Assembly: GCA_009843785.1 (NCBI GenBank)
Contig: VYCT01000369.1
Span: forward strand, 3,655-67,654
Direction of reading: 5' to 3'
Length of the DNA: 64,000 nucleotides
Source of the DNA: Candidatus Poribacteria bacterium
GTDB lineage: Bacteria > Poribacteria > WGA-4E > WGA-3G
Position numbers and translations under genes: made by a program. Of the stretch, positions 35,295 to 44,483 are shown in pieces; position 1 is the first letter of the stretch, and each line of letters opens with the position of its first letter. The notes under the pieces are model-generated. The model had not been told where the DNA came from and did no database searches. It saw only the letters and a program-made list of their open reading frames with translations.

Positions 35295-36533
35295 TTAGTT
35301 TCCATCTTCTGCACTCGGAGATGCTACACCAACAAGTGCGCGTCCGGTCCTTTCCTCAGCACGGAATACAGCGAGGTTATATCCGTTCACGTCTTTGATG
35401 AGCCAGATATGCCCCGCAAACGTGTGCTGATTCACAAAGGTATCAACAGCAACCTTACCATAGTACTTTTCTTCACCGTTACCATCTACCCAATAATAGG
35501 CGATCTCGGTTTCCTTGCCGCCATTCACGAAAATGATTGCGGTTTCGGTGTCGCTGCCTCCTGATCTGAGATTTGGCAGCAGACTCGGATCGTGCTGCTT
35601 TAAGTCTATCCACTTGCCACCGCCATCGCTCTCTGGGTTCTTCAATTGTTGGTGGAATTCTGTCAACTCTATTAACTCGGCAGGCCATTCAAACTTCGGG
35701 GAATCCTCAGGATCGAACCCTTGGAGATGTGAAAGCCTTAAACGTGTCACCGCTCGCGTATATCGCCAGTCCATATCGCCATAAACTTCAGTGAGCAGTG
35801 CTGCAAGCGCGGGGTCGTATTCTTTTAATTTGTCGCGGGTATCAACATGGTTATGTTGGTCGTCGTTTGCCCGGTTCGTGTCAAACCAAGACTGCGTACC
35901 TTCAGCCCAATATTCTGCTCTGTTCGTAATGGCATAGGTATCTTTCCACAACCCTTTTTCAACTGCAGCATCATATAGTACCTTAAGACGGTCATCAAAA
36001 CTCGGATCCACTGTCTTTAATCCCATCTGGTGAATCGCATGCGCGAATTCATGCACCAGAATATTTTCAGTCGAATACGGATCGCCTTCGTAATTAAGCA
36101 AGTTCTCCTCACCACAACTGACAGCGGGTCGGGATGGCGTGGAACCCAAACCGCGTGCGCGCCGGTCCCAATAGTAATCGGGTTGCAGATCGCTGTGTTC
36201 GGGAATCTGCGTCGTCAGTTCGTTATGTGCCATCACAGCAAAACGCACGTTATTTTGTGCGAGTGCCTGTAGTATATCCTGCCGATGCCCGATCATCTGC
36301 TGAATAAGCCAAGCCGCTTCCTTCAGCGCATAAGGACTCACCTTCGCTGATGCGACAACAGGCAACCCCTCCACATCAAGCGACTGCACATAAAACGGAT
36401 CCAAGTTAAAAGTTTCGCGAACATCATTCGGCGGAGGTATAGGTTGAGAAATATTGACGCTTTGCGCTGTTGCAGTTAGTTGAATGGAAAAAAACAGGAC
36501 GTAGATTGTTAAAATGGCAGTCAAATAAAGCAT
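35295..36533 (-). CDS. Secreted HExxH zinc metallopeptidase-like protein with a C-terminal VHL-beta-like domain
   Basis: Signal-like N-terminus and HEFAHAIH. The C-terminal IIFVNGGKETEIAYYWVDGNGEEKYYGKVAVDTFVNQHTFAGHIWLIKD parallels human VHL [48 protein letters not shown] (recalled from memory). Confidence 0.6.
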   Translation of the reverse strand: MLYLTAILTIYVLFFSIQLTATAQSVNISQPIPPPNDVRETFNLDPFYVQSLDVEGLPVVASAKVSPYALKEAAWLIQQMIGHRQDILQALAQNNVRFAVMAHNELTTQIPEHSDLQPDYYWDRRARGLGSTPSRPAVSCGEENLLNYEGDPYSTENILVHEFAHAIHQMGLKTVDPSFDDRLKVLYDAAVEKGLWKDTYAITNRAEYWAEGTQSWFDTNRANDDQHNHVDTRDKLKEYDPALAALLTEVYGDMDWRYTRAVTRLRLSHLQGFDPEDSPKFEWPAELIELTEFHQQLKNPESDGGGKWIDLKQHDPSLLPNLRSGGSDTETAIIFVNGGKETEIAYYWVDGNGEEKYYGKVAVDTFVNQHTFAGHIWLIKDVNGYNLAVFRAEERTGRALVGVASPSAEDGN

Positions 36534-36594
36534 AAGTCAGTCTTCCTTTGGTATTAAGGACTATGTTAAAGTTGAGAGCACATTTGAAAACGTT

Positions 36595-37572
36595 TTATTT
36601 TGATTCTCGAAATAGAAGTAACTGAACAGATTGCTGATCAATTGGATCTAAAGGGTCTTCCTTTTCTGAGATATAGGTGTTAATGCAACGTGCAATATAC
36701 TCTGCCTGTTTCACTGGTACAGCATTCCCAATCATCTGCTCCAAATCGGTTTTCGATCCAGTGAAACAAAAGTCTTTTGGAAAGGTTTGGAGATAACTTC
36801 GTTCTAATGTTGTGAGTGGACGCACTTTTTCTGAAATAAGTGCAGTGTCCTTCGGATGCGCCTTGTATGTTTTTGGAATTGGGCGATTAACGCCTCTTAC
36901 TGTTGGACTCGGTTCATCAATGCTAAAGACAGCGCGGCGGCTATAGTTGCGAGGATGTCGGTAGTAGTGGGCAACGTCAAGACTATCCCCCAAGTAATCA
37001 CGCACTGTCATCGGTTTGGTAATCAGATTGTTATCCAAATAACTCGCGAGAGATCTGCTATCCACAGAGATAGATAGCCCTAATTCACCTATAAGAAAAA
37101 GCCGTTTCCGTCTTTGTGGAACACCACACTGGTTTGCGTCTAAAATTCGCTGTGTTAGTGAATATCCTGCACCTCTTAAAATTTCACCAGCACTACGATA
37201 TCGCTGACTTTTCACAGTTCTATCCACATTTTCCATGACAAACCACTTTGGTTTTGTATGTGCGACAATCTGTGCGAAACTCACAGTCAAATCCGCTCTA
37301 CCTAAATTTTCGTCCCGTTTACCGGCATGCGAAAAATCTTGGCACGGCGGTCCACCAATAATCATATCAAATTGATATGCGTTTAATATTCCTAAACTTT
37401 CTTGCCAATTACCGAGATCTAACTTGTGTATATCATGCGTAAAGTTAGCACGATAAACCTTGATTGCCGGTTCCCAATTATCGAAAGCAGCTACTGCTTC
37501 AAAGCCCGCATTTTGGAATCCGAGTGTCATGCCACCACATCCAGCAAAAAGATCTATAAACTTCATAGACAT
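36595..37572 (-). CDS. dcm: DNA (cytosine-5)-methyltransferase
   Basis: Motif I FIDLFAGCGGMTLGF, motif IV GGPPCQDFS, motif VI ENV, QRRKRLF, and C-terminal GNAVPV. Confidence 0.9.
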   Translation of the reverse strand: MSMKFIDLFAGCGGMTLGFQNAGFEAVAAFDNWEPAIKVYRANFTHDIHKLDLGNWQESLGILNAYQFDMIIGGPPCQDFSHAGKRDENLGRADLTVSFAQIVAHTKPKWFVMENVDRTVKSQRYRSAGEILRGAGYSLTQRILDANQCGVPQRRKRLFLIGELGLSISVDSRSLASYLDNNLITKPMTVRDYLGDSLDVAHYYRHPRNYSRRAVFSIDEPSPTVRGVNRPIPKTYKAHPKDTALISEKVRPLTTLERSYLQTFPKDFCFTGSKTDLEQMIGNAVPVKQAEYIARCINTYISEKEDPLDPIDQQSVQLLLFRESK

Positions 37573-37587
37573 TTGTGTTTTTACCTC

Positions 37588-38688
37588 TTACATGAAAAGT
37601 TCAGGAGAATTAGCCAGAATAGCATCAAATCGTCTTTCTGGACTAAGCATCTTTTCGCCCTGCCCTAAGATAATGTTTTTGATTTCAGTTTTCTTGATTC
37701 TTGGATGTGTGAGTTCTACACAAGACATATAAGGATGAGTCTTTCTTCCACTCAAGGCAAAGGCTTTGTCCGTTTGTCTCGTAAATCCGACACTAACGGT
37801 CTGCGGGTCAATTTTCTCGTCTGTGGCAAAGTCAGAAAGCATTTTCACGATCCACAAAACTGCCCGTTTTGCTCGTGAGAATCCGCGAGTACGTCCTTGT
37901 TCAACTGCATCTAAAAGCAGCTTCGCAAAAGCGAACGTACTCCAGACAAAAACATCCAAACAATTTTCATGAAGTTGAGCAGATTTCCCAACAGTCTTCC
38001 AAATAGGTTGTATAACCAATGGAATCTGATCGTCTATTTTCCCAAGTAACAGAATCTTGATAGTTTGAATAATATGCGGTATCTTCTCCAGCATGCTATC
38101 TTCTGATTCCCAGTCGAAGTTATTCTGAAAGATCGGGCGTAGAGCCTCAGAAAGTTCGTTTTGACGTTCAGCGTACCGCTTAGCAATTTCAAGTGTTAAA
38201 TGGATAATCGTATTCGGACGCACCACAAGTTCACAGCCGTATCCTTCTTCAGGAAAGTTGTAAGTTGAATTATCAGGCAAAGCTGTCAATTTAATCTCCA
38301 ATGCTCGTAGCCAAGGATTTTCAGAATCAGAATTATCCATTACCACTAAATCAATACGAGGTAAAGTTCCTTTGACAAATTGCTGATTTTGTCCATAAGT
38401 ATACTCAAAAGCAAAGTAAATATCTTCAGAATCATACGCATGTCCAAATATAGAGTTCACGTCAATCTTCTCAGGAACGATATTCCAATTCTGATCTAAC
38501 GCCAAGTAAACAGGCGCGATATTTTGACTTTGCATATAACATAATAAGGCGATTGGGAAACAGTTATTAAAGCTGTTTTTGCCCCACGCTTTTGCTTCAC
38601 TGAAGTCCTTGTTTGTGTTAGATGGATTTAACCCAAACAAGGCAGGTCTGTTACCTATTGATGTGAATTTCATCGGATTGGTTACCAT
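37588..38688 (-). CDS. Putative type II restriction endonuclease (PD-(D/E)XK)
   Basis: RIDLVVMD ... ALEIKLTALPD gives a D...ExK signature. It lies 15 nt upstream of the C5 methyltransferase in the same operon. Specificity and family could not be assigned by eye. Confidence 0.55.
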   Translation of the reverse strand: MVTNPMKFTSIGNRPALFGLNPSNTNKDFSEAKAWGKNSFNNCFPIALLCYMQSQNIAPVYLALDQNWNIVPEKIDVNSIFGHAYDSEDIYFAFEYTYGQNQQFVKGTLPRIDLVVMDNSDSENPWLRALEIKLTALPDNSTYNFPEEGYGCELVVRPNTIIHLTLEIAKRYAERQNELSEALRPIFQNNFDWESEDSMLEKIPHIIQTIKILLLGKIDDQIPLVIQPIWKTVGKSAQLHENCLDVFVWSTFAFAKLLLDAVEQGRTRGFSRAKRAVLWIVKMLSDFATDEKIDPQTVSVGFTRQTDKAFALSGRKTHPYMSCVELTHPRIKKTEIKNIILGQGEKMLSPERRFDAILANSPELFM

Positions 38689-38703
38689 TCCTCCAATAGA
38701 ACG

Positions 38704-41700
38704 CTAGACAGGTATTCCATGTGCCGTTATCTCTGAAAGCGGAACCTGATATCTGACATCCTCCATTGGGCTTACCTTATCTGTGGGATTCTGAATGATA
38801 TAGAGTTCTGGTTGCGTTGCGGCGTTAAGGACAATATAAAGAAAATAGTCATCTTTGAGTTCCTGCGCTACGGACCACTCGTTGGATGTGAGGAGGACAG
38901 GATCACGGTAGGCACGGGCTTTTACCTCAATATATCGATTTTTACCATCCGGTGCTGTTGAATGAAGATCGTAACCAAGGTTTTTTGTGGAGACATCTTT
39001 GACAGTACGCTCTCGCTCCTCTTCATACTCGCGAGCATGTTTCATACCGATGTGTTCAATTTCCTTTCTGTCATGCGGAGATGTACTTGTCTCCACCATG
39101 TGTGTATCATCCTCCGTGCCACCACTGCGACCACTACTATGACTGGTGTCTCGATTTCTATTAGGTGTATTGATCCCTTTGCCACCACGCGAGCGTGTTC
39201 TACTTCCACCCGGATGTGATTGACTCGTTGAGGTTTCAAATTCATTCTCCGTTGAATCGTTGTTTTCACTTCCAGTTTCTGGCTCCTCGTGAATTGTTGG
39301 CGTTCCAACATCAGAGTCATTCGGTCTTAAGTCGTCCTCGCTACCAGTCTCACATGAGCATTTCTCATCAACAGATTCTGACGCATTCTCTTCATCTTCT
39401 TTAGAATCTGACTCTGGAGGTAACAGACAGCAATTAGGTTGGAAACCTCTGCGTTTCCAACTCAATAGAGCAGTATTAGACAGATTTACTGCCGATAATA
39501 GATCCTTGACAAACTCGCGGAGTTGGTCAATACGAAAATAATCTTGTAGGGCATCGCCGATTAGATCTGGGTACGCTTTCTCGTCCTCTTCTAATCCTAA
39601 CCAGAGCGTTTGATTCCTCTCATCCAAAAAACTCTGACGCGGGTTTGGATCGGGAGCACGAAATTCTCTCAGTGTGTATTCCACCTCTAATTTTTCGGTT
39701 CGGCAAACTGACATTCGATCCAAAATTTCAGCAGATTTTTTCACTTCGTGCCCTTGGCACAGACGCTGTGAATGGAGGAAATCATGAATGTATGGACGCA
39801 GATTTCGCACCTTTTCAGATAAAATTCTATCTTCTCTTTGCTCACCGGAACAGTTAAATTCAACATCTGATGCTTCACAGCAACCCTCTATCCTTAAATG
39901 CTGCTTCGCAAACTCTAACAAATCACCATCAAACGACCAAAATGGAATGTGTTCCTCCATAAAAAGTCGAGAACGATAATCATCGTCCTTCCAAACCAAT
40001 TCACGCAAACAGAAAAAGTCCCATTTATCTCCCTCTTCGCCAAGCCAACATTTATCTTTAAGCACTTGTCCCCACTCTTTCCACCAATCTTCATTTACCA
40101 GAAAACTTCCGCCTTCTCGCAGTGCCTGCCATAAACGATGGTAAAGGATCTTAACACGTTCACGAACATTCACGTCCTCAGTTTTCCCTACAGATGCAAT
40201 CTTTTGAATGACGCGGACGTAATGTGACGGTGCGGCACCCTCCAAAACCCCCAATCCGATGAAAAACCCTTTCAACGTTTCCTCGTAATCATCTATGAGG
40301 TAACCGCAATGGTTACCAAAGACTGGGCTCTCATCCTTCCAAAACACTTCATGTGCTTTCCACCAATTCGGTTCTGGATTGGAAGTAAAGATAAGTGGTT
40401 TTTGCTTGAATTCCTCGCTTCGACGTGCATCTTGACGCGCAAGAAAACGATAGAGTGGTTCAACCTTTTCAACACTAACTTCCGTGCCACTCAAGGTTTG
40501 AAGATAGTTGAGTACACTATCCGTATTTGCATTCAGATGTATTCCCAATTTCTCAGCCAACCATCGTGCAGCTTCGTTGTCTTGGCTGATATCAAAATCA
40601 GGATGTAGGTAAGCGACACTTTCACCTAACACTCTACGATTCCCATCAGTTGGGGCAAAGCACTTGGAAGGCGTATGAAGCTTGCCGTGTTCATCGGGAA
40701 TCCATGCCGTTTCCTTGAGTTGACAATAGAATGTAGCATCAAAGAGTTTTGATTGATTCTTGCGAAAGTACCAACGATAAATACCTCGAAAGTGGTTATC
40801 AAAGAAAGTTTGGCGGTTCCATTCTCCCGACGGGAGAGGCTTAACCCTTTTAACTAATAGGTGCCAAAGGACATGCGAAAGATTTATTTTTTTATGGTCA
40901 CTAATCTCAACTAACGCCTCCGACAAACCAGGGAAATTGAAGTCTTTAATATTAGTTTGCAGCCCCCACGTAGTTCGTTCCAGTTCAACATTTCGTTTAC
41001 TAAGTTCTTTGTTAAATGCTTGATCGTTTTCGGATTTGGCAGAGATGTTCTTTTCGATAACACACGGAATATCCATAGCCCCAATCGCTTTCAAAAACTG
41101 AAGCCAATCTCTCCGATTGGAATCATTTTCCAGATAGGTATCATCCACAAACCAAATGTCGCTATTGGATACCGAAAAATAGGTTTCCAAATCCGCATTA
41201 CCTGTGTAGGCCTTTGGTAAGTAAATATCACAAGGTTTTACAAAATCATAGGTTTCTGGTTGACGGCTGTTATAAGCCAGCAGGATTGAAACCTTGCTGA
41301 GCTCTTCCCTCAATTGCCTATGCTCATTTCCCGAAAGTTCATTCCAAACTCTGAAAATGTAACGTACATGCAAACGGTTTTGTTCTTTAGAAGGTTTGTC
41401 AGACCAACGATATTGCCGGATAATCCATTTGCTAATCATTTCTTCAGAGTTTGAAATCCTAACGTCCAGCTTCCCGAGGAAAGCTTTGATGTCGTTCCCT
41501 TCTTCTCCTTTAAGAAGAATCGACTGAAGAATAGGTAAATCCATGAGAAACGGTTTGAGATCTTCACGCCCTTCATCGGTATCCGGCGGGAAGAACACCA
41601 ATTTATAATTTGTAGACACATGCCGCCCATTTTCAAGGCGAACCAATGGTAGTCTTTTGATACGACCCAATTCAGAGTTCTGACTATTTAAATAGACATA

Positions 41701-43155
41701 CAAAAAACGCAGCCATTCTTCGCATCTACTCTCAAACCAGTTATTGTCTTGCTTTTCCAGCCAACCCAACACTTGGCTGATCCCTATTTCTCTCACCCCT
41801 GCCTCACGCATTACCTTAAAGCACCGACGAAACTCTTCCGTTTCTCCTATTTCAGGATGTAACCAACCGCTGTTCGGATACAACCAACGACTTTCAACCA
41901 ATTCTCGCAAGGACTCACGGTGTGGATAAAATACGTTCTCAGCTTTTGCATACCCACCGTCTTGTGTTGGTACAAAAACTCTTTCTTGCATTGCTTTTTG
42001 TAATGCGTCAGCAATAGGTTTAAACTCATTTTCCACTTCGCCTTTCAGAGGTAATATATTGAAAAATGCTGGTTCAAGTAAATCGTTTACCTTCAACTGT
42101 TCCAAAATTTTAGGGAGAAATTTAGCCGTTTCCTGCACTAACCATTTATTCCATGGATTTTCACTTGGATCTTGGATATCCGCACGTCCTGATGTTGTCT
42201 GATACCGTGCCTGAATGAGGAATTTCAGGTGTGTCTCTTTCTGCGTAGGAAGATAAGCGAATAGGACAGAGTTATCATCCATTGCTGTGATACTACCGTC
42301 ATGCAGTTTGAACGCGATTTCAATTGGTTGTTGTTTTTTCGCTGATTGCTGAATTTTCTGTCGTTTTTCGTCATGTTTAGTCTGTTTTAAAAGCGCATCA
42401 ATCACATTTTCTGGTGGTTGAACCGCCTTGTGGAAAACGAGGAACATCTCTGATAATTGATTTTCACCATTCAGGGACATTGTCAACTCAACTTCAGACG
42501 CGTCCTGAATCTTACTATGAGGATGATGGATACAAGAACAAATTCCAGTTCGACCCTCACGCTCATCAATCCATCTAATTGTTTTGAAGTCTTTTTTGAA
42601 ATCTCGTTGGAGATCACGTAGGAATAACAAAACATACCTCTCACCTAATTTGCAGAACTGATCTTTCAAGAGCACGATGTCTTCCTGGCTCAGATCATCT
42701 TTAAAAGGCAGGCGGAAGACTGTTCGACCTTGGCTAACTTGTTCTACAATTTGCGGTGTTGTCTTATCAATGCCTTCAGGCTGCGTAAGATCTCGGATAC
42801 GAAAATGTTCATCGTCAGAGTATATTTCTGGGCAATCTGTGTAGTTGTAAACCGACTTGAAACCGATGCCAAAAGTCCCAATTTGCGTTAAGTCTTTACT
42901 ACTTGAACCTAATGAACAGATGCTACGTACATCTTTTTCGCTGAACTGATCCCCATCGTTCCAAACGAATAGTTCATTCTCTCCTAATCGCAGTTCCAAT
43001 TGAGAACTTTTGCTGTCAACAGCGTTCTGGATAAACTCATAGACGAAATGCGTTTTTTCTTTGTAAAGTTGTTCATAGAAGAAGCGACGGTACTCTGGAT
43101 CTGAGCCGTAGCGCACTTGGTTTTCTTCAGCTATCTTTTTGTAATCTGTTGCCAT
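38704..43155 (-). CDS. NO VEIN/sacsin-like GHKL ATPase with C-terminal DUF3883 (NOV_C, restriction-endonuclease-like) domain, 1483 aa
   Basis: N-terminal Bergerat-fold motifs FVYEFIQNAVDS, WNDGDQFSEKD and IGTFGIGFKSVY. C-terminal GMKHAREYEEE...GYDLHS...RYIEVKA...LTSNEW....DYFLYIV is typical of DUF3883. An acidic/Ser-rich linker lies at 39067-39420. Confidence 0.75.
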   Translation of the reverse strand: MATDYKKIAEENQVRYGSDPEYRRFFYEQLYKEKTHFVYEFIQNAVDSKSSQLELRLGENELFVWNDGDQFSEKDVRSICSLGSSSKDLTQIGTFGIGFKSVYNYTDCPEIYSDDEHFRIRDLTQPEGIDKTTPQIVEQVSQGRTVFRLPFKDDLSQEDIVLLKDQFCKLGERYVLLFLRDLQRDFKKDFKTIRWIDEREGRTGICSCIHHPHSKIQDASEVELTMSLNGENQLSEMFLVFHKAVQPPENVIDALLKQTKHDEKRQKIQQSAKKQQPIEIAFKLHDGSITAMDDNSVLFAYLPTQKETHLKFLIQARYQTTSGRADIQDPSENPWNKWLVQETAKFLPKILEQLKVNDLLEPAFFNILPLKGEVENEFKPIADALQKAMQERVFVPTQDGGYAKAENVFYPHRESLRELVESRWLYPNSGWLHPEIGETEEFRRCFKVMREAGVREIGISQVLGWLEKQDNNWFESRCEEWLRFLYVYLNSQNSELGRIKRLPLVRLENGRHVSTNYKLVFFPPDTDEGREDLKPFLMDLPILQSILLKGEEGNDIKAFLGKLDVRISNSEEMISKWIIRQYRWSDKPSKEQNRLHVRYIFRVWNELSGNEHRQLREELSKVSILLAYNSRQPETYDFVKPCDIYLPKAYTGNADLETYFSVSNSDIWFVDDTYLENDSNRRDWLQFLKAIGAMDIPCVIEKNISAKSENDQAFNKELSKRNVELERTTWGLQTNIKDFNFPGLSEALVEISDHKKINLSHVLWHLLVKRVKPLPSGEWNRQTFFDNHFRGIYRWYFRKNQSKLFDATFYCQLKETAWIPDEHGKLHTPSKCFAPTDGNRRVLGESVAYLHPDFDISQDNEAARWLAEKLGIHLNANTDSVLNYLQTLSGTEVSVEKVEPLYRFLARQDARRSEEFKQKPLIFTSNPEPNWWKAHEVFWKDESPVFGNHCGYLIDDYEETLKGFFIGLGVLEGAAPSHYVRVIQKIASVGKTEDVNVRERVKILYHRLWQALREGGSFLVNEDWWKEWGQVLKDKCWLGEEGDKWDFFCLRELVWKDDDYRSRLFMEEHIPFWSFDGDLLEFAKQHLRIEGCCEASDVEFNCSGEQREDRILSEKVRNLRPYIHDFLHSQRLCQGHEVKKSAEILDRMSVCRTEKLEVEYTLREFRAPDPNPRQSFLDERNQTLWLGLEEDEKAYPDLIGDALQDYFRIDQLREFVKDLLSAVNLSNTALLSWKRRGFQPNCCLLPPESDSKEDEENASESVDEKCSCETGSEDDLRPNDSDVGTPTIHEEPETGSENNDSTENEFETSTSQSHPGGSRTRSRGGKGINTPNRNRDTSHSSGRSGGTEDDTHMVETSTSPHDRKEIEHIGMKHAREYEEERERTVKDVSTKNLGYDLHSTAPDGKNRYIEVKARAYRDPVLLTSNEWSVAQELKDDYFLYIVLNAATQPELYIIQNPTDKVSPMEDVRYQVPLSEITAHGIPV

Positions 43156-43207
43156 AATTTGTTTCCTTATAGAATCTGGTTGAAACTTCAGCTAACACCT
43201 TTTACAT

Positions 43208-43423
43208 TCACCGACTCATTGAACGGGAATCAAAACGCATCGGAATTTCTCCTTCTTTAATTGCGTTTAGCAATGCCTCCGCGTCCTCCAGAGTTACATC
43301 ATGTGATTTGTTAATAGCTGCTAAGATCCGCTTGGGTTGGCCTTTTCGTTTAAGTTTGGACAAATCCTGCAGGTTCCCTAAATTTTCTGTTGGAATTTCT
43401 GATTTCCAGACGAGATATTCCAA
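43208..43423 (-). CDS. Small hypothetical protein (71 aa, TTG start), possibly a decayed antitoxin-like gene
   Basis: An open frame with only a TTG start. An ATG-initiated 35-codon ORF in another frame overlaps its 5' end, which suggests decay. Confidence 0.25.
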   Translation of the reverse strand: MEYLVWKSEIPTENLGNLQDLSKLKRKGQPKRILAAINKSHDVTLEDAEALLNAIKEGEIPMRFDSRSMSR

Positions 43424-43784
43424 AGTAACGCTTCAATTCTTCGATCCCAGAAGTAGATAATTTCTCGATGGTATTCAGTATCCATTTTTCCTGTAACTGA
43501 CACGGTTTTTCTCCTTCTTCGCAATGCGGAGATGCTGCTTGCCAATAAACGGATCGCGCAACCCTCTCAGCAAATCTACTATAAGAGCTTATCAGAATTT
43601 ACGACCCGCGTCAAACGCTTCTGCGTTTTCACAAGGCTATTTCCTATCCGGCAAGCACTACGTCCTTTCCTGATACTTCAGTTCTTGCCAGATGGCGCGC
43701 ATCTGCCACACATCCATTAAAACGACCTTTGCCTTCTCACCAATTCGGAGTTCTTCCTATGTATCTGCCATATCAGGTTATCCG

Positions 43785-44483
43785 TTACTTAGAAATTTCT
43801 TTGTAAGTCTTTGATTTTGCGTGGCGGGACTTATTTCTCAGACTCCATACGCTGCCAACAAAATTGCTGTCAATCAGTTGTTGAAAAATTTGATGGCGCG
43901 CGGACGGTTTGAGTTCAAACTGATCTGTTTCCGGTGAAAATGGATAAAGGTCGGCTTCACCCGCCAGCAGAAGAAAATATTTACCGCGGTTATCCGGAAG
44001 GAAAATAGGGCCTTTCCATTCCAAATATTCAACTACCGGTGGTGTCCCCGGGATAGACATTCTCGCGTGGAGGAGAACCTCTGTCCTGTCCTGTAGTTTG
44101 ATAGAAGCAGGGAGTTTGTTTTCGAGTCGGATGTCACCGTGAAAATATGGGGTCCGAAAGAACATCCGCGCCGAGAAAGCCAAAAACTTGGATGAATTAA
44201 ATGCGTACGGCAGATAGTATCCGTCCAAACTCATCTCGTCTTCATTAAGGCAAATCCCAATGGCAATACCAAACTCCCTAAACTTGAATCCCCTCCACTT
44301 CGCATCTATCGCGCTGAGTCGGAGAACCGCCCTACCCGCTTCCTTGTATGGGAGGAGATTCTCCTTGCGCAATACGGCTTCCCAGAACGATAAGTCCGCT
44401 GTGCCGTGAAGGGTTACCTCTTTGACATTATAAAGATCTGCGGCGTATTCGACAGGGGTGTTTGCAGCTGCATTGTTAGGCAT
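43785..44483 (-). CDS. Hypothetical protein (233 aa)
   Basis: ATG 44483 gives an 8-nt overlap with the GH32 stop. The longer ORF-track version overlaps GH32 by 270 nt with an Arg/Cys-rich, non-protein-like N-terminus. Confidence 0.55.
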   Translation of the reverse strand: MPNNAAANTPVEYAADLYNVKEVTLHGTADLSFWEAVLRKENLLPYKEAGRAVLRLSAIDAKWRGFKFREFGIAIGICLNEDEMSLDGYYLPYAFNSSKFLAFSARMFFRTPYFHGDIRLENKLPASIKLQDRTEVLLHARMSIPGTPPVVEYLEWKGPIFLPDNRGKYFLLLAGEADLYPFSPETDQFELKPSARHQIFQQLIDSNFVGSVWSLRNKSRHAKSKTYKEISK

